From assembly GCA_963774685.1 (NCBI GenBank), contig CAVZFU010000005.1, positions 1,081,538 to 1,145,537 of the forward strand: a stretch of DNA of 64,000 bases, in the 5' to 3' direction. The translations under genes and the position numbers were made by a program. The notes under the pieces are model-generated. The model was not told the origin of the DNA. It saw only the letters and a program-made list of their open reading frames with translations, and made no database searches. Numbering within the stretch: position 1 is the stretch's first letter; each line of letters starts with the position of its first letter. The stretch is from an uncultured Alphaproteobacteria bacterium. GTDB lineage: Bacteria > Pseudomonadota > Alphaproteobacteria > Rhizobiales > Xanthobacteraceae. Below, piece by piece: positions 1-10,600 of the stretch.

Positions 1-595
1 TGGTGATGCCGATGAACACCTGGCCGAGCTGGACATTGGGCTCGACCGTGGTGCCGACCCGGCGCACCTTGCCGACGACGTCGCCGCCGCCGATCACCTT
101 GATCTCGGCGTCCTGGCCGGGCTTGAGCTTGGCGAGATTCTCGGTCGGCACCAGGCCGACCAGGTCGAATTCGTTGCGGGCGATGATGGAAAACAGCGCC
201 TCGCCCTTGCCCGACGCATTGGCGCCGATCACCGCCGAGGAGGTGGCGATCAGCCCGCCGACCGGCGCCTGCACCTGCACCGAGCCGCCTTCCGGCAGCG
301 TGAGCCGGGCCAGCACCTGGCCGGCGGTCACGGTATCGCCGGCGTCGGCCAGGATTTCCGCGACTTTCAGGCCCTGCCGCTCGGGGCGGACCATGGTCTC
401 GTCCCGCGCGATCACGGTGCCCGAAACCTCGGCGACGGCGTCAAAGCACGACTTCGCCGCCTTGAGCACGGTGACCGTGGCGCCCTTCGGGGCGTCGGCT
501 TCGTCGGCGGCGAGGGAAGGGGACGCCGCGGCGAGGGTGAGGATGCTGGCGGCCATCGGGACCAGCCACGTCCGCGCGCGTTTGGATGCATTCAT
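1..595 (-). CDS. Efflux RND transporter periplasmic adaptor subunit (3' end outside the window); lacks the alpha-helical hairpin
   Basis: Not in the ORF track; translated manually from ATG at 595: MNASKRARTWLVPMAASILTLAAASPSLAADEADAPKGATVTVLKAAKSCFDAVAEVSGTVIARDETMVRPERQGLKVAEILADAGDTVTAGQVLARLTLPEGGSVQVQAPVGGLIATSS... It has a signal peptide and both lipoyl half-motifs, and resembles the adaptor at 10800-11729. Confidence 0.85.
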   Translation of the reverse strand, partial: MNASKRARTWLVPMAASILTLAAASPSLAADEADAPKGATVTVLKAAKSCFDAVAEVSGTVIARDETMVRPERQGLKVAEILADAGDTVTAGQVLARLTLPEGGSVQVQAPVGGLIATSSAVIGANASGKGEALFSIIARNEFDLVGLVPTENLAKLKPGQDAEIKVIGGGDVVGKVRRVGTTVEPNVQLGQVFIGIT

Positions 596-673
596 TAGCT
601 TTTGATCCCGTTTCCACGGTCATCGATATCAGAAGGCTGGCTTGGGAGCCAAGTGGCATCGAAAAGGTATAAC

Positions 674-710
674 TTGGTTTGCCAATTGGTAACATGTATG
701 GTACCATATG
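674..710 (+). promoter_or_regulatory. Putative sigma70 promoter and operator of the TA operon (leaderless start)
   Basis: TTGGTT(674-679)-N17-TATGGT(697-702), with ATG at 708 and no SD. Perfect palindrome TATGGTACCATA (697-708) overlaps the -10; CCAATTGG (682-689) lies in the spacer. Confidence 0.5.
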
Positions 711-1049
711 ATCGACGTCCAGGAATTCATTACCGAACAGGACGTAAACCCGTTCAGGCGCTGGTTTGACGATCTCGATGCTCAAGCAGCAGCCTGGGTT
801 ACGATTGCAATCGATCGGCTTGGCGAAGGCAACACTTCGAACGCGAAGTCACTTGGCGAAGGCGTTTCGGAACTGCGGATCAATCGAGGCCCCGGCTATC
901 GAATCTACTTCGGCTGGGACAGCAAGGTGCTTGTCATTCTGCTTGGCGGTGGCACCAAGCGACGGCAGCAGAGCGATATACAGACCGCGTTACATCACTG
1001 GCGTACATATAAGGCGCGCAAAGTGTCCGGACGGGCGAAGAGGGAGTAA
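708..1049 (+). CDS. Type II TA toxin, RelE/ParE superfamily (addiction module killer type)
   Basis: 113 aa with PFRRWFDDL...RLGEGN...GEGVSELRINRGPGYRIYF...LLGGGTK..QQSDI, characteristic of this family. Confidence 0.9.
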   Translation: MIDVQEFITEQDVNPFRRWFDDLDAQAAAWVTIAIDRLGEGNTSNAKSLGEGVSELRINRGPGYRIYFGWDSKVLVILLGGGTKRRQQSDIQTALHHWRTYKARKVSGRAKRE

Positions 1050-1051
1050 TC

Positions 1052-1378
1052 ATGCCGCTGACAAGAAGCTTTCGCGAGACGGTGCAAGCGCGGGCCCGCC
1101 GCGACGTCAAATTCCGGCAAGCATTACTAGCTGAAGCGATGCAGTTGCTGCTGGACGGCAATTTAGAGGAGGGGCGCTCTGCCTTGCGCTCGTGCATCAA
1201 CGCCACGGTCGGTTTCGAAAAACTTGGCAAAGCACTCGGCAGATCGCCAAAGAGCCTGATGCGCATGTTCGGACCGTCAGGCAATCCTACTGCGGAAAAT
1301 CTGCTTGCAGTGATCGGTCTGTTGCAGGAGGAGACCGGCGTTCGCCTCCACGTGCGTGCCGCGGCCGACGCTGCTTGA
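1052..1378 (+). CDS. Cognate HTH antitoxin / transcriptional regulator
   Basis: 108 aa, 2 nt after the toxin; INATVGFEKLGKALGRSPKSLMRMFGPSGNPTAENL is a Cro/C1-type HTH with the GNPT motif typical of these antidotes. Confidence 0.85.
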   Translation: MPLTRSFRETVQARARRDVKFRQALLAEAMQLLLDGNLEEGRSALRSCINATVGFEKLGKALGRSPKSLMRMFGPSGNPTAENLLAVIGLLQEETGVRLHVRAAADAA

Positions 1379-1440
1379 CGAAAGTCAAGCTTTGTAACTT
1401 GTCGCCTCTTGGCGAATTCTCCTGTCGTATCAATATGCTC

Positions 1441-1935
1441 TTACCCGACGGGCAAATCACCAAATCCTGTCAAGCCCCTCGCGTAAAAATATTCTGTTTT
1501 TCAGAAACGCGAATCAGCGCTATATCCATTCCGTCTCGCCCCCTGCAGGGGCGCTCGCGATCGTCACGGACGCGGGGCGGGATGCGGTGGACGCGGATGG
1601 CGCTGTTGACGAACAGCGCTTGACGCGGACGGTGAAGCCGTGTGGTCCTGACGCCTCGACGCCGGCGTCAAGTTTGCGAATTTTCGCAAATGACGGTGAC
1701 AAGAAAGCCCGATCACCGGGGAGAGCACGGAGTAAGCCGTAAACCATTGTGCGGGGAATGCCGGGTGATTCCGGTGTGACCGTGGTGACTGTTACTACTG
1801 GCATGGCTTGTTTTTCTGCCCTGCCAGGCTGCGGGCGCATTGGGCGCCCGGCATTCCCTGCGCCCTCTGTTTTCGAGGCGAAGGATTCTTTTACAACCCG
1901 GGTGGAATCGCGCCGCGGGATCGCGGAGGTACGTT
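1441..1935. repeat. Large, highly structured intergenic element (recalled as a dispersed Bradyrhizobiaceae repeat; possible ncRNA or non-autonomous element)
   Basis: Many hairpins: CGCCCC-TGCA-GGGGCG, GCGCTGTT-GACG-AACAGCGC, TTTGCGAA-TT-TTCGCAAA, CGGGCGC-ATTG-GCGCCCG, plus long-range GGGGAATGCCGGG / CCCGGCATTCCCT pairing. No credible ORF. The dispersed nature is recalled, not verifiable here. Confidence 0.6.
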
Positions 1936-1972
1936 TGTCGTTCCTGTGAACGCCCGCACTCGCCGCGGTTCT

Positions 1973-2125
1973 CCCTCGCCCCGCGCTTGCGGAGTCGAGA
2001 CGAGCGGAGCTCGCTCTTAGAGCGTCGGGGTGAGGGGCTCTCTCAACAGGCAGACTCGTGGAGGGTCCCCCTCACCCGAAATTCGCGATAGCGAATTTCG
2101 ACCTCTCCCCGCAAGCGGGGCGAGG
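1973..2125. repeat. REP/REPIN-like nested inverted repeat
   Basis: CCTCGCCCCGC..TTGCGG pairs with CCGCAAGCGGGGCGAGG; GGGGTGAGGGG pairs with CCCCTCACCC; internal hairpin CGAAATTCGC-GATA-GCGAATTTCG. Confidence 0.75.
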
Positions 2126-2131
2126 TAAAGT

Positions 2132-4615
2132 TTACGACGACAACTGGCTGCGCCGCGGCTCTGTGGCGGACACGTCATTCGCGGCCTCGGTCGGCTCGCC
2201 GTCGCCGATCCAGCGCAGGATATCCATGGCCAGCACCGGATGATTGAAACCCTTCAGCTGCAGGTCGTCGAGCTGGGCGGCTTCGACCCATTCCTCGACG
2301 ATGCCATAGACGCGCCGGGAGACCACGACCTGGCCGGCCTTGGCTTCGTCGCACAGCCGCGACGCCAGATTGGTGACGCTGCCGATCGCGGCATATTCCA
2401 GCCGTTGTTCGAATCCGATCTGGCCCAGCGTCGCATAGCCGAGCGCGATGCCGACGCCGAATCCGAGGCTGTGGCCGCGGTTGCGCCATTTCTGGGTCAA
2501 CAGGCCGATGGCGTCGCGCATCTCGACCGCCATCTTGACCGCGCGCCTGGTGTGGTCGGCAAACTTGATCGGCGCGTTGAACAGGATCATCACGCCGTCG
2601 CCGGCATAGCGGTCGAGCGTGCCTTCGTAGCGGAAGATCAGTTCGCCCAGTGCGGCATGATATTCGCGCAGCACGTTCATGGCTTCCTCGGGCTCGGTGG
2701 CCTCGGTGAAAGCGGTGAAGCCGCGCAGGTCGCAGAACACCACCGTCACTTCGCGGCGGTGGCTGTCGAGCAGCGAATCCTGGCCGTCGGAGGAGGCGAT
2801 CAGTTGCGCGACCTGCGGCGGCAGGAAGCGCTCGAGCCGGCGGATGCGCTCGATTTCGCCGATCTGCTTCTCGACCCGTTCTTCCAGCGACTTGTTCCAG
2901 TCCAGGAGCTGCTCGGTCTGTTCCTGCAGCTTGCCGGCCTGTTGCTGCACGATCGAATGCGCGGAGGCCAGTTCGCGGCCCTTATGGTCGACTTCGGTGA
3001 ACAGCCGCGCGTTGCGCATGGCGAGCACCGATTGATGCGCAAAGGTCCGCATCAGTCCGATCAGGTTCGGCGAGAATTCGCCGGTGGCCCGGCGCAGCAC
3101 CACCAGCGATCCGAGCGTGCCCTGCTGGTCGACCAGCGGCACCACCAGCACCGATTGAAAGCCGGCCTTGAGCGCGATATCGCGCAACAGGTTGTCGTCG
3201 GCGCCGGCAAGGTCGGAAATCGCGATCGGCTCGTCCCTGGTGGCGGCTTCGCCGAGCACGCTGGCGCCGTAGTCGATCGCAAGGTGCGCGCCTTCGGCGG
3301 TCTTGTCGATGCCGATGGCCTCGGTCAGGTTGAACTGCTGCTTTGCCGCGTCATAGCCGTAGATCAGCACCGCGTCGGCATGGGTGATTTCGAGCGCGCG
3401 CGCCGCCACCGTCGGCAGCACGGCGTTGAGATCGAGCGAGGAGGAGACGGCGCGGCCGACTTCCTCGAGCACTTTGAGTTCGTTGACCGAGCGCGCCAGA
3501 TCGCGGGTGCGCTCCTGGACCTTGGATTCAAGGCCCGAATAGGTCTCGGCGAGCTGGCCCGCCATGCTGTTGAACTGGTCGGCGAGCTCCTTCAGCTCAT
3601 CCCTGGTGCGCACTTCGATGCGGTGGCTGAAATCGCCTTCGCCGAGACGGCGCGCGCCGCTGCGCAAGGCGGTGATCGGGATCAGCATGCGTCGCGCCAG
3701 CACGGTGCCGGCGAGACTCGCCACCACCAGCCCGAGCATGATCAACAGCACGATCCGCGCCAGCTGATCGCGGATCGGCGCCATCGCCTGGCTGGTCGGT
3801 TGCTCGAAGAACACGTACCAGCCGAGTTTCGGCAGTCCGTTCGATGCGGTCAGCACCGCATGGCCGTCGGTATCGGTGCCCGAGGTCGGAGCCTGGCTCG
3901 CCGAGGTCAGGCGTGCGGCGACCTGCGGCAGGGTCGCGACGTTCTTGCCGACCTCCGGGCCCTTCGACGAACTCGCCAGCACCTGGCCTTTCGGATCGAC
4001 CACATAGGCAAAGGCGGCCCTGCCGACCTGGGCGTCGCCGATAAATTCCGACAGGAAATGCAGGTCGATATCGGCGATGGTGACCCCGGCGTTGTAGCCG
4101 GAATGCGACACCGAGATCGACATGAAGGGCTGCCGCTCCCGGAAGAACGCCGGCGAGTAGCTGACGCCCCTCGCAACGGTTTCGGTGAATCTCGGGTCGT
4201 GGGAGAGGTCGGCCTTGCTGCCGACCGCAATCGTCAGGCGCGACAGCCGCAACAGTTCACGGCCGCTGCCGTCGATCAGCGAGAGCTGGTTGACCGCGGG
4301 CACCTGGTTGAGCAGCTGGGCATAGTCGGCGCGGTGCTGTTCGAGCGGCGCGCGCGCTGCGTCCGAACTGGCGCGGGTCACCCAGCTGATCTGCCGCTCG
4401 AGTTCGGAGACCGACTGTTCGATCCGCCGCGCGGTGGTCTCGGCCTTGTCCGACATCGCCCCGGTCAGCGTGGTCTTGATGCTGCTGTAGCTGATCCAGG
4501 TTTCCAGCGCGCCGTTGACCGCGAGCACGAACACGACAAGACCAACCAGCGCGATCACGTATTTGGCGAACAGGCCCTCGCGCAGACGTCCAATTTTTTC
4601 CCTGAAACCGCTCAT
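2132..4615 (-). CDS. Membrane class III adenylate/guanylate cyclase (TM-Cache-TM-HAMP-GAF-cyclase)
   Basis: 827 aa with two TM segments, HAMP (DELKELADQFNSM), GAF (GTLGSLVV...TFAHQSVLAM) and catalytic motifs FCDLRGFT, AGDGVM, NLASRL. Confidence 0.92.
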   Translation of the reverse strand: MSGFREKIGRLREGLFAKYVIALVGLVVFVLAVNGALETWISYSSIKTTLTGAMSDKAETTARRIEQSVSELERQISWVTRASSDAARAPLEQHRADYAQLLNQVPAVNQLSLIDGSGRELLRLSRLTIAVGSKADLSHDPRFTETVARGVSYSPAFFRERQPFMSISVSHSGYNAGVTIADIDLHFLSEFIGDAQVGRAAFAYVVDPKGQVLASSSKGPEVGKNVATLPQVAARLTSASQAPTSGTDTDGHAVLTASNGLPKLGWYVFFEQPTSQAMAPIRDQLARIVLLIMLGLVVASLAGTVLARRMLIPITALRSGARRLGEGDFSHRIEVRTRDELKELADQFNSMAGQLAETYSGLESKVQERTRDLARSVNELKVLEEVGRAVSSSLDLNAVLPTVAARALEITHADAVLIYGYDAAKQQFNLTEAIGIDKTAEGAHLAIDYGASVLGEAATRDEPIAISDLAGADDNLLRDIALKAGFQSVLVVPLVDQQGTLGSLVVLRRATGEFSPNLIGLMRTFAHQSVLAMRNARLFTEVDHKGRELASAHSIVQQQAGKLQEQTEQLLDWNKSLEERVEKQIGEIERIRRLERFLPPQVAQLIASSDGQDSLLDSHRREVTVVFCDLRGFTAFTEATEPEEAMNVLREYHAALGELIFRYEGTLDRYAGDGVMILFNAPIKFADHTRRAVKMAVEMRDAIGLLTQKWRNRGHSLGFGVGIALGYATLGQIGFEQRLEYAAIGSVTNLASRLCDEAKAGQVVVSRRVYGIVEEWVEAAQLDDLQLKGFNHPVLAMDILRWIGDGEPTEAANDVSATEPRRSQLSS

Positions 4616-4732
4616 CCAGTCCCCTCGTGCGCCATTCCTAGCACAAATCGGGGGGTTTTGGCCGGGGACTGCCGGTGTGGTTAGCCGGGATTTTGGGCCG
4701 TTAATGCTAATTCCGGCGGCAGTGATGGAGGC

Positions 4733-6716
4733 CTAGCGATTGAATAACTGCTTGAGGACGTTGTTCATCGGCTGGCTGTCCTGCGGGGGCTGCGACGTCG
4801 AGTTGCTCTGCGCGCGGAGGCGTTGCGGCCGGCGGCGCGGCCGGGTTGGGGGGGCCGCCTTGCACGTTGCGGTTATTGCCCAATCCCTGCTGCAGCAGGT
4901 TACCGAGGGTCTCGCCGAGCTTGCCGCCGAGCAGGCCGGACTGGTCGGTGCCGCCGCCGATCCGGGGCCGCCAGATTGCGAGGTTGCCGAGACCGCCGCC
5001 TGCGAACAGGCCTTTGCCCATCTCCCTGAGCTTGGCATAGGCCGCGTCGGGGTTGTCGAAAATGCCGTTCATTTCCGGATAGATGCGCGGCTGGGCCCAG
5101 GGGCCGTCGATGATGACGGGAATGCCGAGCCCGACCGGGTCGCCGGCGCGGCCCTGGCCTTCGGTGGTCATCACGAGCTTCGGCTCGACCCGGAACGCGA
5201 GCTGCTTGCCGATCAGGTCGATGGTGCCGGCGCCGGTCATTTTAACCAGCGGGCCCACCAGGGTGAGATCGGAGGTGGTGGCCTGGCCCTTGTCGAGCCG
5301 GAACGAGGCGCTGAGCTGCGCAAGGTCGGTGGCTTGTCCTTTGCCTTCCTGCCAACCCGACAGCGTTCCCGAGGTCAGCGAACGGATCATCTGGGCGACG
5401 TTGAGGCCGCGGATCGCGCCGTCCTGGAAAATCGCGAACACCGTTCCGTTCAAATTCGAGACGATCTCGCGCGGGCTGTTGCCGGAGGAGTTTACAACGA
5501 TCTTGGCCTGCATCTTTCCATCGAGCTTGTCGAAATCGGCCGCGCTCTTGAGCAGCGCCAGCGCGCCAACCCCGGCAAGATCGCTGCGCAGCGTGTAGGC
5601 CGGATAGGCTGCGGATACATCGACGGTGAGTTGGCCGCCGGCCTGGCCGTCATAGGCCCCGAGATTGGGGAAGTCGGCCTTGAGCACGCCGCTGACGAGC
5701 GTGGTGTCGATCGCAGCGGGGGCGAAATGCGCCGCGCCGATGTTCAATTCGGCGGCGGAAACCCTGACCTGGAGGTCGATATAGTTCAGCCGGTTGACGT
5801 CGATCGATTCGGTGCTCCAGCCCTGCTGGGAAGCCTGCGAAGCAACCGGGGCGGCAGCCGCCGGTGTCGTGATGTCAAGCCGCTGGAAGTCGAGATCGAC
5901 TTTTACCAGCGGCTTGCTGGAGAGATCGACCGATGCCCATCCGTTGAATGCGCCATCGCCGATCGTCCCGCTCAGGCCGTTGATCATGGCGACCGAACCG
6001 TTGAGCCGGACGTCGGCCTTGCCCGACAGCGGAGCCTGCAGACGATTCGGGTCGTCGAGGGTCAGTTCGACCGGAAAGTTTTGCCGCTCGATCGGGGAAG
6101 CCGGCAGCGCCGCCCTGATTCCGAATTTGATCGGGCGTTCGCCCGCGCCGGCACTGCCGTTGATCTCGATCCTTCGATCGTCGCCGATCTTGATATCGGC
6201 ATTGATGTTGTCGATACGGCTGTTGACGAGGTCCCGCACGTTGGAAAATACCGCGGTGCCGTCGGTGACCGTCACGTGATCGATGACGAAAGCCTTCGCA
6301 TCGGTCGTGCTGGAGGATGTCGCCGGCCGGGGCGGCAAATTGGGTGCAATGGTGCGTTCGCGCAGCAGCGGGATGTGGACGGTCGGGTGAACAATCGCAA
6401 GCTCGGTGACTTGCGGATGACCCGACCATACGCTGGCAAGCGTCACATCGGCCTCGACGCTGCCGATGGTCAGGTGCTTGCTGATGTCGCGTTGTTGCGG
6501 GTCCTCAAGCGTGAGGTCTTTCAACGTCAGGTGCAGCGACGGCCAGATGCCGATTTTGGTCCCGCCGTGGATGGTCAGCTGATAGCCGGTTTCGCGCTCG
6601 ACCTGGTCCTGTATCGCCGACGTCAGAAAGCCGGAGGGAACGCCGACGATCAGCAACAGGATCGCGACAACCACCACGGCAGCGATGGTTGTGCCTGCAA
6701 TTTTCAGTGCTTTCAT
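4733..6716 (-). CDS. AsmA family protein (apparent +1 frameshift near 4815)
   Basis: N-terminal anchor with AsmA-like N and C domains. The plausible C-terminus QDSQPMNNVLKQLFNR* lies in another frame ending at 4733. Confidence 0.8.
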
Positions 6717-6848
6717 ATCGTCGTTCCAAACCGGGCAAGCAGCATCTAGGTAGCCCGTCGCGATCGGGCGTTGCTAATCATTCAAGCTTATCCCGGAGGG
6801 GAAACAGCTCAAAGCGACCAAAAATTAAGCGGGGGTGCTGCAAAGTTA

Positions 6849-6864
6849 TGTGACTTATGGCACA
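6849..6864. promoter_or_regulatory. CRP-type box between asmA and crp
   Basis: TGTGA-CTTATG-GCACA, one mismatch to TGTGA-N6-TCACA. Confidence 0.55.
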
Positions 6865-6922
6865 CTTCGAACGAAGCGGGTTTCGTACGATCCCTGTTGG
6901 CCACCTCAAGTAGCCGGAAGGC

Positions 6923-7603
6923 ATGGCAATGAGCAAACAGAGCGAATTCGCGGTTATTTTGAAGATGAATCCGATGTTCGCGGACCTCGGCGCCGACGAA
7001 TTGCAGCGAATCTCCGGTCTTTGTCATACCCAGCAGCTTTCAGTGGGCGGGGTGCTGTTCCAGAAAGGCGACAGCGGTGACGCCCTGTATGGGGTCCGCC
7101 GCGGCCAGATCCGGATCGAAACCGGCGCCTCCGATGGCAGCCGCCTGACCCTCAATTTCCTGGGTCCGGGCGACGTATTCGGCGAGGTCGCAGTGCTCGA
7201 CGGCGAGACCCGCACCGCGGACGCCACCGCAGGCGAGCCGACCGAATTGTTCGTGCTCCGGCGGGAAGACTTTCTCGCCCATCTCGAACGCGAGCCGCGC
7301 GTGGCGATCAAGCTGATCCAGCTTCTGTGCCAGCGGATTCGCTGGCAGAGCGAGCGGATGGAGGAATCGGTGCTGCAGCCGCTGCCGGTACGGCTGGCGC
7401 GACGGCTCTGCGCGCTCGCCTCCGATTTCGGCTCCGAGGTGCATATCTCCCAGGAGCAGCTCGGCGTTTTCGTCGGAGCGGCGCGCGAAAGCGTCAACCG
7501 TCAACTGCAGCAATGGCGCAAGGACGGCATCCTGGACCTGCAGCGCGGCCGGATTTTATTGCGAAACATCGGCCGGCTGACCGCAGTGGCGCGCAACGAA
7601 TAG
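6923..7603 (+). CDS. Crp/Fnr family transcriptional regulator (cNMP-binding)
   Basis: Phosphate-binding cassette GEVAVLDGETRTADA; HTH SQEQLGVFVGAARESVNRQL retains the CRP R-E-x3-R recognition residues. Confidence 0.93.
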   Translation: MAMSKQSEFAVILKMNPMFADLGADELQRISGLCHTQQLSVGGVLFQKGDSGDALYGVRRGQIRIETGASDGSRLTLNFLGPGDVFGEVAVLDGETRTADATAGEPTELFVLRREDFLAHLEREPRVAIKLIQLLCQRIRWQSERMEESVLQPLPVRLARRLCALASDFGSEVHISQEQLGVFVGAARESVNRQLQQWRKDGILDLQRGRILLRNIGRLTAVARNE

Positions 7604-7656
7604 CGCAAGGCTGCGCCCGCTCGCGGTACGACCGCGATGCGCTCCTCGGCTGATCG

Positions 7657-10600
7657 TTATTCCGCGGCCGGCGAATGTACGATGCTCGGCGGAGGTTTGG
7701 GATCTCCGGAATGATCGGCCGGCGGTTGCTCGGTATCGGTATTTGTAGAGACCAGTTTGTGGCCGAGCCGACTGAACAGCACGGCCACATCATCCATCAT
7801 CATGAACATCGCCGGCACGAACACCAGCGACAGCACGGTGGAGAATATCAGGCCGCCGATCACGGCCAGCGCCATCGGCGAGCGGAATTCACCACCGGCG
7901 CCTTCTGCCAACGCGCTCGGCGTCATGCCGGCCGCCATGGCAATGGTCGTCATGACGATGGGTCGGGCGCGCTTCATGCCGGCGTCGATGATCGCTTCGG
8001 TGCGGGGTTTGCCTTCGCGGATCGCTTCGACCGCGAATTCCACCAGCATGATGGCGTTCTTGGTAACGATGCCCATCAGCATCAGCATGCCGATATAGAC
8101 CGGAACCGTCAGCTGGTTGCCGGTCAGCAGCAATGCCCCGATCGCGCCGCCGATCGAGAGCGGCAGCGAGAACAGGATGGTGATCGGCTGCAGGAACGTT
8201 CCGAACAGCAGCACCAGGACGGCGTAAACAATCATCAAGCCCAGGGTCATCGCGGTGACAAAGCCGCTCGCCAGATCCTTGAGGGCTTCAGCATCGCCGG
8301 AGGGGGCGACCGTGACGCCCTTCGGCAGGCTTTTCTTGACGGGCAGCTCATCGATCCTCTTGGTGGCTTCGCCCAACGCCGCGGATCCGACGAGGTCGGC
8401 AGCAACCGTCGCCTGGCGTTGCCGGTCGTAGCGATTGATGCTGGTGGGGCCCTGATCGAGCTTGATGTCGGCGACAACGGACAGCGGCACGCCGCCCTTT
8501 TCGCCGCGCTGGCCCAAAGGGACCCTCAATTGCTCGAGGATCGGCAGATCGCCGCGCGCTGAATCCTCGAGCTGGACCCGGATCGGCACCAGCCGGTCGC
8601 CGGCGTCGAACTTGGCAAGCGCCGGACCGACGTCGCCGATGGTGGCGACCCGAATCGTCTGCGACAGGCTTTCGGTGGAAACGCCGAGCCGCGCCGCCAG
8701 ATCCGCCCGCGGCTGGATCCGTAATTCGGGACGGTCGAGCGAGGTCTCGGAGATCACGTCCGAGATCAGCGGAATCCGCTTCATCTGCGTCGCCAGCTCG
8801 TTGGCGACGTTGCCGACCACGTTGCTGTCCACGCCGGTCACGACCAGCGATATGGCGCGCTGACCATTCTCGTCGAGGAACCAGTACCGGATGTCCGGAA
8901 CATTTTCGAGGTCCTTGGCGATCGAAAGCTCAAGTTGGCGTTGCGTGATCTTGCGTTCGCCTTTCGGCGTGTAGTTGATGATCAATGCCGCGCGACGTAC
9001 TTCGAGCGTTCCCGGCGGCACCCGGCCGCCATCGACGAACACGCTCTTGACCTCCGGCCGCTTGCGCAGACGCGCGACAATTTCTTCGGTGACCTTCTCG
9101 GTGAAAGCGAGCTGCGAGCCGGGCGGCAACTCCATTGCCAGCAGCGAGCGCGCCGCGTCCTGGGCCGGAAGGTAACCTTGTGGCAGCTGGGTAATGCTCC
9201 AGATCGAGGCTGCGAAGATTCCGAAGCCGACCAGCACGGTGATGAAATAGTGCTGCACCGACCAGGCTACGAGGCGATGATAGCTTTGCAGCGCGCGTCC
9301 CGGCGGCGGATCTTCGTGCGTATGATGCTTCAAGAAATAAGCGGCCAGCATCGGCGTGACGAAGCGGGCCGCTAGCAATGAAAAGAATACCTGCACCGAC
9401 ACCGTAATGCCGAACTGCTTGAAGAATTGACCGGCGATCCCGGACATGAAGCTTGCAGGTGCAAAGATCGCGATGATGGTCAGGCTGATCGCGATAACGG
9501 CCAGCCCGATTTCGTCGGCGGCCTCGAGGGCCGCACGATAGGGCGTCTTGCCCATCCGCATGTGCCGGACGATGTTCTCGATCTCGACGATGGCGTCATC
9601 GACCAGAATGCCGGTCGAAAGGGTGATGGCAAGAAAACTGATGAGGTTGAGCGAGAACCCGAGAATGTCCATCGCCCAGAATGCCGGGAAAATCGACAGT
9701 GGTAGCGAGATCGCCGCGATGGCGGTGGCGCGGATGTCGCGCAGGAACAGCAGGACGATGATGACGGCGAGAATGGCGCCCTCGAACAGCGTCCGGATGG
9801 CAGCCTCGTAGTTGCCTTTGGTGAAGTCGACCGACGTGTCGATCAGCTTGAGATCGACATCGGGATACTGATCCTTGAGGGCATCGATGCGTTTCTGGAT
9901 CGCCGCTGCGACGACCACGTCGCTGGCGCCCTTCGAACGTTTGATGCCGAGCGCGACCACCGGTTCGCCGTTGAAGCGGGCAAATGTCCGGCGGTCGGCG
10001 ATGGTGTCGGTCACGGTCCCGAGATCGTCCAGGCGTACTTCGCCGCCGCCGAATAGCGGAATCATGGTTCCGGCGAGATCGTTGAGCGTCTTGGCGCCCG
10101 CCAGCGTCCGGATCGCCTGATCGTTCTTTCCAATCTCAGCCCGGCCGCCGGCAAGGTCGACATTGGTGCCGCGCAGGCTTTGGCTGACGTTGACGGCGGT
10201 CAGGCCGGCGGCCTGCAACCGGTCGGGATCGAGCGACACCAGGATTTCGCGCTCGACGCCGCCGATGCGCTCGACCTGGGCGACGTTGCGCACGCCTTGC
10301 AGCGCGCGCTTGACCACATCGTCGACGAAGTAAGACAACTGTTCGGGCGTCTTGCCGGGCGAGATCGCGGCATAGGTGACGATGGGCAGACCGATCACAT
10401 CAACGCGTTGAATCAGCGGCTCGTTGACGTTTTGCGGCAGATTGCTTCGAACGCTGGTGACGGCATCCTTGACGTCATTCAGCGCCCGGTCGGTGTTGGT
10501 TTCGAGCGCGAACTCGATCGTCGTCAACGACAGTCCGTCGGTGATCGAGGATGAGATGTGCCGCACGCCCTCGACGCCTGATACGCCGTCTTCGATGGTC

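Noticed and set aside
3-605. 200 aa plus-strand ORF
   Set aside because: The opposite strand encodes a recognisable RND adaptor.
2240-6749. Long plus-strand ORFs (814 aa and 669 aa), and similar antisense ORFs elsewhere
   Set aside because: They are shadows of clear minus-strand genes in GC-rich DNA and have no recognisable motifs.
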